A stretch of 64,000 nucleotides of DNA, taken from the NCBI GenBank assembly GCA_964057225.1, contig OZ059898.1, positions 10,044,001-10,108,000 of the forward strand, read 5' to 3'. This stretch comes from Auanema rhodensis (Eukaryota > Animalia > Nematoda). Shown one piece after another: positions 11,501 through 21,274 of the stretch. Position 1 is the stretch's first letter; every line of letters starts with the position of its first letter. Position numbers and translations under genes: made by a program. The notes beneath the pieces are model-generated. The model had not been told where the DNA came from. It did no database searches and was given only the letters and a program-made list of their open reading frames with translations.

Positions 11501-14500
11501 ATGACGGACTCGAAGAGTAAAAATCCTCCGCAGGATAAAACAAATCCACAGAGCGCAGCCCCCGGTAATGATACGCACGTCGAGCCAGTACTCGAGCGGA
11601 ATCAAAGAAAAAGAGGACCTCCAAATGTTTATGAGCCGGACACGAAGCGCCGACCTACTGCTGCAAAGAAACCACCCGCTATACCGGGTACCCCCGCGAA
11701 GAAAATAGGCACAACAGCTATTAAAACTTCTCGCCACGCTATTACTCTAAGTAAAATTAAAGCGTCTATTAGCAAACAAACTCCAAAACGCACTTCTAAT
11801 GTTATCAAAAGCTCTAGTAATGTTAGCACAAATACTTCCCCTTGTAAAGATTATTCTCAAATTTTATCTTCATACCCAAATACTGCTATTCTTTCTTCTC
11901 CTCTTCCTCGAAATTCTCCCTCTTCATCCGATCAATCATTACATGGGCAATCTTCTTCTCCTGTATCTTCTCCGTCGGAAGTAACCACCAATTTCAATTT
12001 GAATGTTGCAGAGAAGAGAAAAATCGCTCAGATGACTGACCGGATGGATGACCACCCAAACTCCAATGATCAAACCCAAAACAACTCTAATTTCCGCATG
12101 CTACCCACGAACACTGTTTCTATTCGCCACCATAAACCCACCTTGTATGATGGAGCAGTACCTTTTAACCTCTACATGAGGAGATTGGAAGGTTATTTTG
12201 ACGCGTTGCAAGTACCTATGGCGGAGCGTCTGTCGCACCTCTATCTATTGTTGGGGACGGACAAAGCAGCCGATGCTTTACGTTGCATAACTCCGGACGA
12301 AATACGTCAAGGATGGAATAACGTAAAGCGCATTTTGTCTCTCAAACTTCAACCTCAAGAGAAACGAGATGCCGCGTTCACCAGACTCACTCACATGAAG
12401 CAAGGAGAGAGTGAAACTGTCAACCATTTTGCACAACGCTGTCGAAATCTGGCTTATGAAGCAAGCGATATGAACACCGATGCTGATGAACGTATATTAC
12501 GTGTAGCTTTCCTCGGTGGATTACGGAAACAACTACGTACGCACGTCAATAATCGAAGCCCAACCACCTTTGAATCAGCCGTCACTATCGCTGAAACCGT
12601 TGAAGCAGATGAGGACCCCTCTTCCTTCATCAACAACTTAACCGATGGACTAGATGATTTGAATATCAATAACGAGCACATCAATCACATGAGAGCTCCA
12701 CAGCGTGATAAAATTCATAGAGGACCGGCACCACATCTATCATCCAGGCCACACGACAATTCCTCACATCCACAAAGACCTCAAGAACCATGGCACCAAA
12801 GACGAGGAGGATACCGTCATAACGATGAAAGAAGAACAGGAAGATACCACCAATACAACGACAGGAACAGGAACAACAGACCACGTTCAAGAGGACCAAT
12901 CAACTACCGTAGCCCACACAGAAATAATAGGTATAACGACCGTTATGATAACAGATACAACAACAACTATCATCGCGGAAACCAGTACGATCGAAGATAC
13001 CAGAACAGAGATCACCATGAATCATATGGACCTAATTCGCGCTACAGAAATCGCACAAGTAGCCCATCAGTACGATTCCATGTTAACCAAGTTAACAATG
13101 AAACACCCCGCACGAGCAACAAGAAACTTCCATTCACACCTCTCTTCCTTTCCATCATGGCACTGACAATACTTCCTTGTCACGCAGACAACACCTACCA
13201 TCTATGCACCGGAACACGAGGAGGCATCTTTCTCGAACCCCCTCGGCCAACTTTATGCTCAGAAAACATACACAAGGATGGAGTTCAAATTACTAACGTC
13301 GAATTATTTGCAGAAAACATGCATTACAAGGAATGGGAGGCTTGGAAATGCTCCAAAGAAATCTACAGAACATGTGCTCACGATAGACTGTTCATTAGAG
13401 AAAACAATATCACTCTACTTTACGTCGAAGCCGCAACTCTCAAGGAATGTAAGGAAGCTATACAAGAAAGAAGACATATGGATACGAATCTTGTACGTAC
13501 AGCCCCAGGACTATTTAAGGCACCTTTACCTTTAAACAATCAGTCTTATTCATTTTGGTCTACATCGTGCACCTCAACTCCAAGATTAACGTTAGAAAGA
13601 GGAATGATGACTTGTCTACATGACGATATCATCATATCAGACCTTTTTCTCAACACGGAAGGATGTGCAAAGAAAGCAGGAACTTGTACAACGCACAATG
13701 CCATAATCGTTTGGACACCACCTCACGACCATCACGAATGTGACTTCAGCTCCTTAGGAAACTTCTCAGCACTTGTCAACAACGACACTGTCCTAATCTC
13801 GGAGATACAGAGCGCATTTATCCTCCAAGACCAGAAACCGGATAACATAGCAACTCGATGTTTAGGAAAGGATATACATGCAACGAATAGTGGTACATAC
13901 ATTCATATACCACCTAAAGAGACTCCAAGACGACAGAAAAGGAAAGCGCCACAAGAATACCCTACACGCTTTTTCAATATCACCATATATCCATCGTTAC
14001 GTCTTACGGACAGCTCTACAGGAATTATTCCAATGTATCAGAAGTATCGCAACCGGAAAAGATTGGATAATTCTTACAGTCTTATAGACTATCTGAAAAC
14101 TTCCAGTATTCACGTAGGACTTACAAAATTCCTCAAGTTAGACGCAATCGCGATCAAGGAAACACTATTATGGTACAACTACAACGACACTAATATCGCC
14201 ATTCTACATGCGCTGGCAAAAGCAGAAATTCTCCTAGCAACAGAAATTGCTATCGCGCATCTCCTACCATCTGAGCTCACAGAAAAACTGAGTAAACAAA
14301 TCACGATTAAGGAGTTCGCCGATAAGTTGGAAAAACGCACAGGAGACTACTTAGAGCGAGCGAGAGACATTGCATTTGAAATCGCACAAACTCCCGCAGT
14401 ATTAGCAACAGGAGAAACGATTCCTTCATTAGAAGAATATTTATTTCAACTATACCCACCTAGGATGTCGAGAAGAACAACTCCTAGAATGGACACTTCG

Positions 14501-17308
14501 TTTTACACACAAATCGACGAAGTATTAAACTTTATTGACTATATAGCATCACATAATCGTCTGCTACATATATCAACAGAAGAACGCGAAAAAGAGAGCA
14601 GAAAGTGGAATAAATTGGAAGAGGAATCAACTAGTCCAAGGATTATTTTTCCTAATTACGCAATCATCTTTAAAGGACTAGCTCAGAACTTTGGACTGCC
14701 ACGTGGTACACCAACGACTAAAACTATTTCACAGGAAGAAAGCGAGAGATTTCAACGAACATATCTTGAATTAATCGACTCCCTCACGTATTCAACAACA
14801 ACGACTACGACTACCACGACTTCCGCAAGCACTACAAGCTCTACTACGCCCGCGACTACAACAACGACTTTTCGAACTACTCCCAAACCTTTCCACACTC
14901 CCAGAACATTATCACCAAGCTCTACAACTACTCCAAGAAGATATCACTACTATCAAGCTACGACAACGCCATTCTCATTACCAAAACAGCTTGTAACGCG
15001 AACAGAAATTCCGCAAATCTCTTCAACAGTGATAGAGCCAAGGACAACAACCAAACGAGCCGCCACAACACCTCAACAAGCAAGAGAAGTCCAATCTCAC
15101 ATAGGACAGCAAGCACACGCTAATTTTCTTCGTACAAGACATGATATCATCCAGAAATATGATGAACAATTACGTCAACTGGATACACAATCGCATCTAC
15201 AATATTCAACCTCGCAACTAGAAGAAGAAATTTTGAAGGCGTTTCAAAAAACGAAAAAGGACATCTGTAGGATGCAAAACAAACAACTCCTTACGTGGTG
15301 GGCCATTCTACAAATCAACCCAACTATTGGTATCCGCACAATGCTTAGACGTCAGGATATATCAGCTAAATTCGTTGCTGAACACCTTATCTACGTAATG
15401 CCTTGCACACCTATCCACGTAACAAAAATCTACTCGGATCACAAAAGAAACGGAACATGTTACATGGAAACACCAGTAGATACAGAACATCATGGAGAAC
15501 TGTTTTTAATACCTGGAACACGCGATATTTCACCAATGGGCAGACGAATCGACTGCATGATGGCTACAACGGATCCATATAAATTAGACGACCAATGGAT
15601 GAAGGAAAACACAACATTAAATGTGACGAACCTATCATTTGCGGACGAACTCACTTCGATCAAAATCGATCACATAAAATTCAACAACTCCAACATATAT
15701 GCCAACCTCACGGAATCTTCATTCCCGTTTGAACTCGCTATTTCATACGGATCCAGCCTAGCGTCTCTACAAGCCACCTTGCCAGGAAGATTGAAACCTA
15801 TATTTAACAACAAGAAAGGAATCAGTCTGAATCCACTCAACATTCTTGAAAATGCCATAACAATTCCTATCGTAGTGGGAGACATCGTCGGAAACACGGC
15901 AAACGAAGGAATTTCCAGCTTCTTCGCTTTTATTGGAGAAACTTTCAAGGCCTGGCTATTAAGAACACTTGCCACAATCGGCGCAATCATCGTGATAATA
16001 GGACTCATCACCGCGCTGATTTACGGAATCAAAATATACGCACGTGTCACAAGAATTCCCATCAATTATATCGAAGAAGATGATGAAGAAAGAAGAGAAC
16101 ATCCAGCCCAAGAGACCGAACTGCAGCCGTTAAGAAGAGCGACACAAGACAACTACCATGCTCCACTTTCACGCTATGATCCCGATGCACCATTAACAGA
16201 TAGCGATCTGCTAACCTATCTGCCCAGGTACGCTATTAAAGAATCAAAGATAAACTACATTGGGGGATCCCGATTACCATTCGTACCCATATCAATTTAC
16301 AACCAAGTTTTTACTGCACTATGGGATACAGGTGCATCAATTTCATATATGAAAGAGAGCACTTTCAATCAATTACCGGCAGCAAAAATGGTCGCTGAGA
16401 AAACTACAGCTGTTGTAGCAAACAAGTCTCGATTTTCCTTCCTAGGATATACAAGACTGCCAATAATAATTGGAAAGACCGAAATTGACCACAAAATATT
16501 GATATCTTCCGACAATCATTGCCCAGCACCAATATTGCTTGGAATAGATTTTATTGAAGCACTCAACAGAGAAGGAATCCTCACATCCTTACGCCCTCTG
16601 CAAAATTCATTGCTGATTGGAGATACCACGGTACCTCTAGCGCAAAACTACAATGCATGGACAGAAAAACACACAATTACACACGTTGTTAGTCTGGAAA
16701 CTAAACAATTTTACCCCGGAGAAACAAGATCTCTAACTTTGGAAGTAAATGATCCCGCCTCATTCGAACAAGCTTTTATTAGAAGCTCACAACGAGCAGG
16801 AAAAATGAGTTTTGCGCCTACAACTTTCACCCCAACAGGATATGGAGTCCAGATATTTGCTACAAATATCTCTTCGGATACAATCGAAGTCCAGACAAAC
16901 CAAGGCATTGGAACAGCTTATGCTATCCCCAAAAACACGGAGGAGCAAAAAGGACAATATGTACCACCAGAAGCAAGATGGGAAGATCAACTACCATTCT
17001 TCCCAGATGATTTCATAAAAGATCTAGATGTCTCAAATTCCATCTTCACTCAATTAGAAAGACAACAATTAAAGAAAATAGTACTTAGAAATAAGGAAGC
17101 TTTCTTGAACGAGGATCGAAATATCGGACTTTTCAAAGGACCAGTGGAACATAGCATCCCGATCATCGAAGGAAAAGTTCCATCTTTCAAGATCACGTAC
17201 AGAATACCTCTATCACAACAAGAAGAAGTAGAAAAACAAGTGGAGGAAATGTTAGAACAAGGAATAATTGAGCCATCTTTTTCTATGACTACCAGTCCCG
17301 TAATATAG
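11501..17308 (+). CDS. gag: Gag - class III envelope glycoprotein - aspartic protease - RT N-terminus polyprotein, ended by in-frame TAG
   Basis: Capsid motifs YDG...MKQGESETVNHF...FLGGL; R/N/Y-rich NC-like region without CCHC; signal peptide; Cys-rich ectodomain; TM; ALWDTGAS; RT start ...QGIIEPS..SPVI*. Confidence 0.92.
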   Translation: MTDSKSKNPPQDKTNPQSAAPGNDTHVEPVLERNQRKRGPPNVYEPDTKRRPTAAKKPPAIPGTPAKKIGTTAIKTSRHAITLSKIKASISKQTPKRTSNVIKSSSNVSTNTSPCKDYSQILSSYPNTAILSSPLPRNSPSSSDQSLHGQSSSPVSSPSEVTTNFNLNVAEKRKIAQMTDRMDDHPNSNDQTQNNSNFRMLPTNTVSIRHHKPTLYDGAVPFNLYMRRLEGYFDALQVPMAERLSHLYLLLGTDKAADALRCITPDEIRQGWNNVKRILSLKLQPQEKRDAAFTRLTHMKQGESETVNHFAQRCRNLAYEASDMNTDADERILRVAFLGGLRKQLRTHVNNRSPTTFESAVTIAETVEADEDPSSFINNLTDGLDDLNINNEHINHMRAPQRDKIHRGPAPHLSSRPHDNSSHPQRPQEPWHQRRGGYRHNDERRTGRYHQYNDRNRNNRPRSRGPINYRSPHRNNRYNDRYDNRYNNNYHRGNQYDRRYQNRDHHESYGPNSRYRNRTSSPSVRFHVNQVNNETPRTSNKKLPFTPLFLSIMALTILPCHADNTYHLCTGTRGGIFLEPPRPTLCSENIHKDGVQITNVELFAENMHYKEWEAWKCSKEIYRTCAHDRLFIRENNITLLYVEAATLKECKEAIQERRHMDTNLVRTAPGLFKAPLPLNNQSYSFWSTSCTSTPRLTLERGMMTCLHDDIIISDLFLNTEGCAKKAGTCTTHNAIIVWTPPHDHHECDFSSLGNFSALVNNDTVLISEIQSAFILQDQKPDNIATRCLGKDIHATNSGTYIHIPPKETPRRQKRKAPQEYPTRFFNITIYPSLRLTDSSTGIIPMYQKYRNRKRLDNSYSLIDYLKTSSIHVGLTKFLKLDAIAIKETLLWYNYNDTNIAILHALAKAEILLATEIAIAHLLPSELTEKLSKQITIKEFADKLEKRTGDYLERARDIAFEIAQTPAVLATGETIPSLEEYLFQLYPPRMSRRTTPRMDTSFYTQIDEVLNFIDYIASHNRLLHISTEEREKESRKWNKLEEESTSPRIIFPNYAIIFKGLAQNFGLPRGTPTTKTISQEESERFQRTYLELIDSLTYSTTTTTTTTTSASTTSSTTPATTTTTFRTTPKPFHTPRTLSPSSTTTPRRYHYYQATTTPFSLPKQLVTRTEIPQISSTVIEPRTTTKRAATTPQQAREVQSHIGQQAHANFLRTRHDIIQKYDEQLRQLDTQSHLQYSTSQLEEEILKAFQKTKKDICRMQNKQLLTWWAILQINPTIGIRTMLRRQDISAKFVAEHLIYVMPCTPIHVTKIYSDHKRNGTCYMETPVDTEHHGELFLIPGTRDISPMGRRIDCMMATTDPYKLDDQWMKENTTLNVTNLSFADELTSIKIDHIKFNNSNIYANLTESSFPFELAISYGSSLASLQATLPGRLKPIFNNKKGISLNPLNILENAITIPIVVGDIVGNTANEGISSFFAFIGETFKAWLLRTLATIGAIIVIIGLITALIYGIKIYARVTRIPINYIEEDDEERREHPAQETELQPLRRATQDNYHAPLSRYDPDAPLTDSDLLTYLPRYAIKESKINYIGGSRLPFVPISIYNQVFTALWDTGASISYMKESTFNQLPAAKMVAEKTTAVVANKSRFSFLGYTRLPIIIGKTEIDHKILISSDNHCPAPILLGIDFIEALNREGILTSLRPLQNSLLIGDTTVPLAQNYNAWTEKHTITHVVSLETKQFYPGETRSLTLEVNDPASFEQAFIRSSQRAGKMSFAPTTFTPTGYGVQIFATNISSDTIEVQTNQGIGTAYAIPKNTEEQKGQYVPPEARWEDQLPFFPDDFIKDLDVSNSIFTQLERQQLKKIVLRNKEAFLNEDRNIGLFKGPVEHSIPIIEGKVPSFKITYRIPLSQQEEVEKQVEEMLEQGIIEPSFSMTTSPVI
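13121..16030 (+). other. env: Env-like class III fusion glycoprotein domain inside polyprotein 1
   Basis: Signal KKLPFTPLFLSIMALTILPCHA (13121-13186); N-glycosylation sequons; furin site RRQKR (13928-13942); Thr-rich tract; gB-like ICRMQN..W..INP..CTPI..CY..PV..P.TR..IDC (15263-15556); TM 15953-16030. Confidence 0.82.
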
Positions 17309-20308
17309 GTCAAGAAAAAGGATAAAACATATAGATTTGTGACTGATTTTCGAGCACTTAACGCAATAACGCAAAAACAAATCTACGTTATATCTAACAT
17401 TCAAGATATCTTGGACCTAGCAGCCGGAGCACGTATCTTCAGTAACTTTGATCTAGTATCTGGATTCTTTCAAATCCCTCTTAGATCAGAAGATAGACAC
17501 CTCACCGCATTCACTACTACGAGCGGAACTTATCAATACTGCAGAATGCCGATGGGACTCTGCGGAGCTCCACACACATTCCAAAATGCAGTACGATATT
17601 TACAACAACACGTACGATGCAAGCTCTTCGTCTATCTCGACGATCTACTTCTCATATCGGAATCAACGACAAAACATTTACAAGATATCGACGAAGTACT
17701 GAACGCATCAGCAGAGCTAGGATTAAAAATCAAGCGTAAGAAATGTACCTTTGGACAACAAGAAGTCAAATTCCTAGGATTCATTGTTGGACACGAAGGA
17801 ATAAAACCAGACCCTCAGAAAGTAAAAGCAATCCAAGATTATCCAAGACCAAAATCAATCACAGGAGTTCGAGCATTCATGGGAGTTGTAAACTACTTCC
17901 GGAGATTCATTAGGAATGCCGCAGGCATTGCATCACCGCTTTATGACCTCACAAAAAAGGATAAAACCTTCACATGGGGAGACAAAGAAGAAAAATCTTT
18001 TCAACACCTAAAGAAAGCACTTTGCGAAGCACCAGTCCTCCAAGCGCCTAGAGCAAAACGGCCATATGTAGTCGAAAGCGACGGAAGCATTATTGCAGTA
18101 GGAGCAGTTTTATTGCAATCCGCGGACGACCGAGAACCACTACACCCAATAGCTTTCGCTAGCCGTAAACTGAACAGAGCAGAAAGGAACTATCCTCCCA
18201 TTGAGATTGAAGCCTTAGCTCTAACTTTTGCGGTTCACCAATTTCGTACCTACATCCTAGGGGCACCGATCAAAATTATTACCGATCATAGACCCTTAAC
18301 CAGTCTTATGACGAGGAAAGATCTTATTGGAAGATTAGCCAAATTTCAAATAGTACTCCAAGAGTATGACATTGAAATTATCTATCGCCCAGGACGCCTT
18401 AATAGCGTTTGCGACGCTTTATCAAGGTACTTTGAGGACGAAATTAACGAAGCAAAAGAAAGGAAAAAGAAGCCGACAATAAAGACAACATCTCATCAAG
18501 TTTCGACAATCTCAACTGTAACGGACCTAAGGACCATTCAAAACGACACAGAATGGATCAAAGAAACTAAAGAGAAGCTGTCAAATAACAACGCTGGGAC
18601 ACAACTAACGGATAGATACATCGTTTTGAATGATGTTCTATACGCTAAACCCAAATCAGCTCTACAAACTCCACGAGCTATTCTGCCAAGTGACTCATCA
18701 ATTACCACACCAATTATCGAGAAATTCCACAAAGACCCCATTCTCGGAGCACATCTTGGAATCAATAAGACTCAAGACTCCATTTTGCGACGGTACACTT
18801 GGACAGGAATACAGGATGATATCACAAGATATGTGAACAGATGTCTCGACTGTGCAAAGAGGAAAAATAACCCACATGAAGCCACAGTCGAACCAATGAG
18901 AAACTTCCCAACAGTGACACATCCATGGGAACGAGTTCACATGGACATACTAGGACCATTACCTAGAACTGCAAAGGATAATAGATACATTTTATCTATA
19001 CAGGACGCATTTTCCAAATGGATTATAGCGATACCATTAATTCGTCAGACATCAGAAGAAATAGTATCAGCTATTATGACACACTTATTCTATGTCTTCG
19101 GACCCCCAAAGAAAATCATCACAGACAATGGATCAAACTTTGTCTCACACGAATTCAAAAGCATGTGCGATAACCTTGGATCGGAACATCACACTACTAT
19201 GCCATACTACAAGAACGCAAATGGTCAAGTAGAACGACTACATAGAACGCTGGAAGAAGCATTAACTTCTTACGTTAATGCCGATCAAGATAATTGGGAC
19301 ATTATTTTACCCAAAATTGTCTTTACGATCAACCGACTACCAAACGCCACAACTCGCACACCACCCTACGATTGTCTATTTGGACAAACAGCTCGTCTAC
19401 CAATGGATAAGGACCTAGAAACACCAGAAGCCACAATCAAGAACGCCCCAGATTTACATAAGAAGATTCAGAATAGAATTGAATTAAGTAATGAAAGGAT
19501 GAAAAAGAAATATGACGAGAAACACAGAACCGAAGAAAGAGAGATCTACGTAGAAGATAGGGCATTGGTCAAACGAGCAAAACCAACGAACAAATTGCAA
19601 AAGACGAGCGATGGACCATATATCATCAAGAAGATAATTGGAAATAATGTTACGTTAGCAGATAGGGAAGGAAAAACGATGAAGGCTCACAAAAATAACA
19701 TCAGATTTTTCCCTCCGGATGACAACCCAACGGAAGAAATTACACTGATGACCAGAACTCATTTATCTGATTCGGACAGTGAAGAAGAAACGTTCTATCA
19801 AAACGAACAACCATTTACACGAAACAGCCCGTCGACAACAAATATCAACGAAAATACTTTGGAAACAGACATAGAACTTGCGGAAAGTTCACAAATCAGT
19901 CCAAATCAGGACGCACCAATACCAGGAATCACAGAAGAAACGTCAACAACAGAGTCTAGAGAACAAAACCAGACGATCAAGGCTTTTCAAAAACTATCAG
20001 AGGAAATAGAAGAAAACGCAAGAAAAGAATTATATGAGGAACGGAAGAAGGAGCCACCCACAATTAAGAAATGGAGTTCAGCACTTAAATTGGCATTGGG
20101 ATTAGAAGATAATTCCCCTACAACGCCAGCAAAACCTTATCATGTGCCGATAAGGTATCACAGCACCATACCAGTAACAGAGCCGAAGAAGAGAGTTTCG
20201 AAGAGTCAGATCCCGGACCCAAACTTCGTGGCACCAACAGTACCAGTCATCCATAAAAAAAGACCATCAACAGTTATTGGGACTACAAGTAAGAAGCTAG
20301 AACAATAG
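17309..20308 (+). CDS. pol: Pol: RT, RNase H, integrase; same frame as the upstream ORF, resuming right after the TAG
   Basis: VKKKD..RFVTDFR, MPMGL, YLDD (17633-17644), ESDGS/ITDHRPL/DALSR, H-H-C-C, D-D-E (MDILGP, TDNGSNF, VERLHRTL), GPY. Confidence 0.95.
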   Translation, partial: VKKKDKTYRFVTDFRALNAITQKQIYVISNIQDILDLAAGARIFSNFDLVSGFFQIPLRSEDRHLTAFTTTSGTYQYCRMPMGLCGAPHTFQNAVRYLQQHVRCKLFVYLDDLLLISESTTKHLQDIDEVLNASAELGLKIKRKKCTFGQQEVKFLGFIVGHEGIKPDPQKVKAIQDYPRPKSITGVRAFMGVVNYFRRFIRNAAGIASPLYDLTKKDKTFTWGDKEEKSFQHLKKALCEAPVLQAPRAKRPYVVESDGSIIAVGAVLLQSADDREPLHPIAFASRKLNRAERNYPPIEIEALALTFAVHQFRTYILGAPIKIITDHRPLTSLMTRKDLIGRLAKFQIVLQEYDIEIIYRPGRLNSVCDALSRYFEDEINEAKERKKKPTIKTTSHQVSTISTVTDLRTIQNDTEWIKETKEKLSNNNAGTQLTDRYIVLNDVLYAKPKSALQTPRAILPSDSSITTPIIEKFHKDPILGAHLGINKTQDSILRRYTWTGIQDDITRYVNRCLDCAKRKNNPHEATVEPMRNFPTVTHPWERVHMDILGPLPRTAKDNRYILSIQDAFSKWIIAIPLIRQTSEEIVSAIMTHLFYVFGPPKKIITDNGSNFVSHEFKSMCDNLGSEHHTTMPYYKNANGQVERLHRTLEEALTSYVNADQDNWDIILPKIVFTINRLPNATTRTPPYDCLFGQTARLPMDKDLETPEATIKNAPDLHKKIQNRIELSNERMKKKYDEKHRTEEREIYVEDRALVKRAKPTNKLQKTSDGPYIIKKIIGNNVTLADREGKTMKAHKNNIRFFPPDDNPTEEITLMTRTHLSDSDSEEETFYQNEQPFTRNSPSTTNINENTLETDIELAESSQISPNQDAPIPGITEETSTTESREQNQTIKAFQKLSEEIEENARKELYEERKKEPPTIKKWSSALKLALGLEDNSPTTPAKPYHVPIRYHSTIPVTEPKKRVSKSQIPDPNFVAPTVPVIHKKRPSTVIGTTSKKLEQ

Positions 20309-20671
20309 TAAAAATCCATAATTTCTACATAAAAATCACAAAAAGTATAATACCATTTTCATAATTTTCATCTAAACTTGAAACCTATATATAATTTTTT
20401 TTTCTCATTTAAGTAATACATAAAATTCTACACAAATTATTGTACATTTTTATTTTTCACTCTCATAAAAATATTGTATTAATAACCAAAAATTTCAAAA
20501 TAAAATTATACATCATACTTGGAATCTTTCAAAAATCACTGCAAAGTTTTAATCAACAATCTTCATCACTTTTTCACCTAACTGGTCAAAAAGGAGGCGA
20601 CAAAAAGGAAGGAACAGACCGACCTAGTTTTAAAAAGGATAAAAGGACAGAAAACAGTAACAAAGATAACA

Positions 20672-21274
20672 ATGTCCACCCAACTTCCTGAAGCCGTCGA
20701 AATTCCCCTCATGATGGCCAAAAAGAGATGGCTTTCAATTCAACTATTAGTAAGAGAATTGAAGCAGCTAGGCGCCAATACCATCGCCAACCGCCCCAGG
20801 AAAGAGAAGATCCTGAAAGAGTTAGTTCAAGGACTAACAAGAGCGAACACCAGTACTGAAACGCTCAAAATCCTATGTTACCAATACGACAAGGATCAAC
20901 TGTCGGAGGTTGACCACTGCATAGGACCATGGACCAACATAGCAGGAGTCATCCGAGATGCCATTGCTGAACTAAGGGACCAACTAGGTTATTCACCTAG
21001 TTGCGATTCACCAGAACAGCAGACACCAAACTGGATTATTGCCGAGACCCATTCGGCCTATCAAGAATGGAGCCTGCAACATTGCAGCGAACTGCCATCC
21101 ACAGAGGCAAGAAAAAGCATTATAAATGCTCTACAAATATTTCTGGCATCACCAGCAACCACCAAGGAAGAAATGGAAAGAAAAACGGATTTATGCAACA
21201 AGACTATGGATCTTCTCCACGACCTAGGATCATCACCATTACCAGAGATACACCAGTATTATGAAGAAGACTAA
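20672..21274 (+). CDS. Accessory ORF of element 1, 200 aa, unknown function
   Basis: ATG with A at -3 (acaATG), composition like pol, set between AT-rich spacers, no TM or recognisable motif. Confidence 0.7.
   Translation: MSTQLPEAVEIPLMMAKKRWLSIQLLVRELKQLGANTIANRPRKEKILKELVQGLTRANTSTETLKILCYQYDKDQLSEVDHCIGPWTNIAGVIRDAIAELRDQLGYSPSCDSPEQQTPNWIIAETHSAYQEWSLQHCSELPSTEARKSIINALQIFLASPATTKEEMERKTDLCNKTMDLLHDLGSSPLPEIHQYYEED

Noticed and set aside
13121-16030. Env region as a nested insertion or captured host gene
   Set aside because: In frame on both sides, no flanking repeats, and homologous at the same position in divergent element 2
16680-16930. dUTPase between protease and RT
   Set aside because: Beta-rich spacer faintly reminiscent of the fold, but catalytic motifs are not recognisable
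17339-17341. Independent pol start codon or gag-pol frameshift
   Set aside because: It is a GTG inside RT motif RFVTDFR; both ORFs share one frame separated only by a TAG
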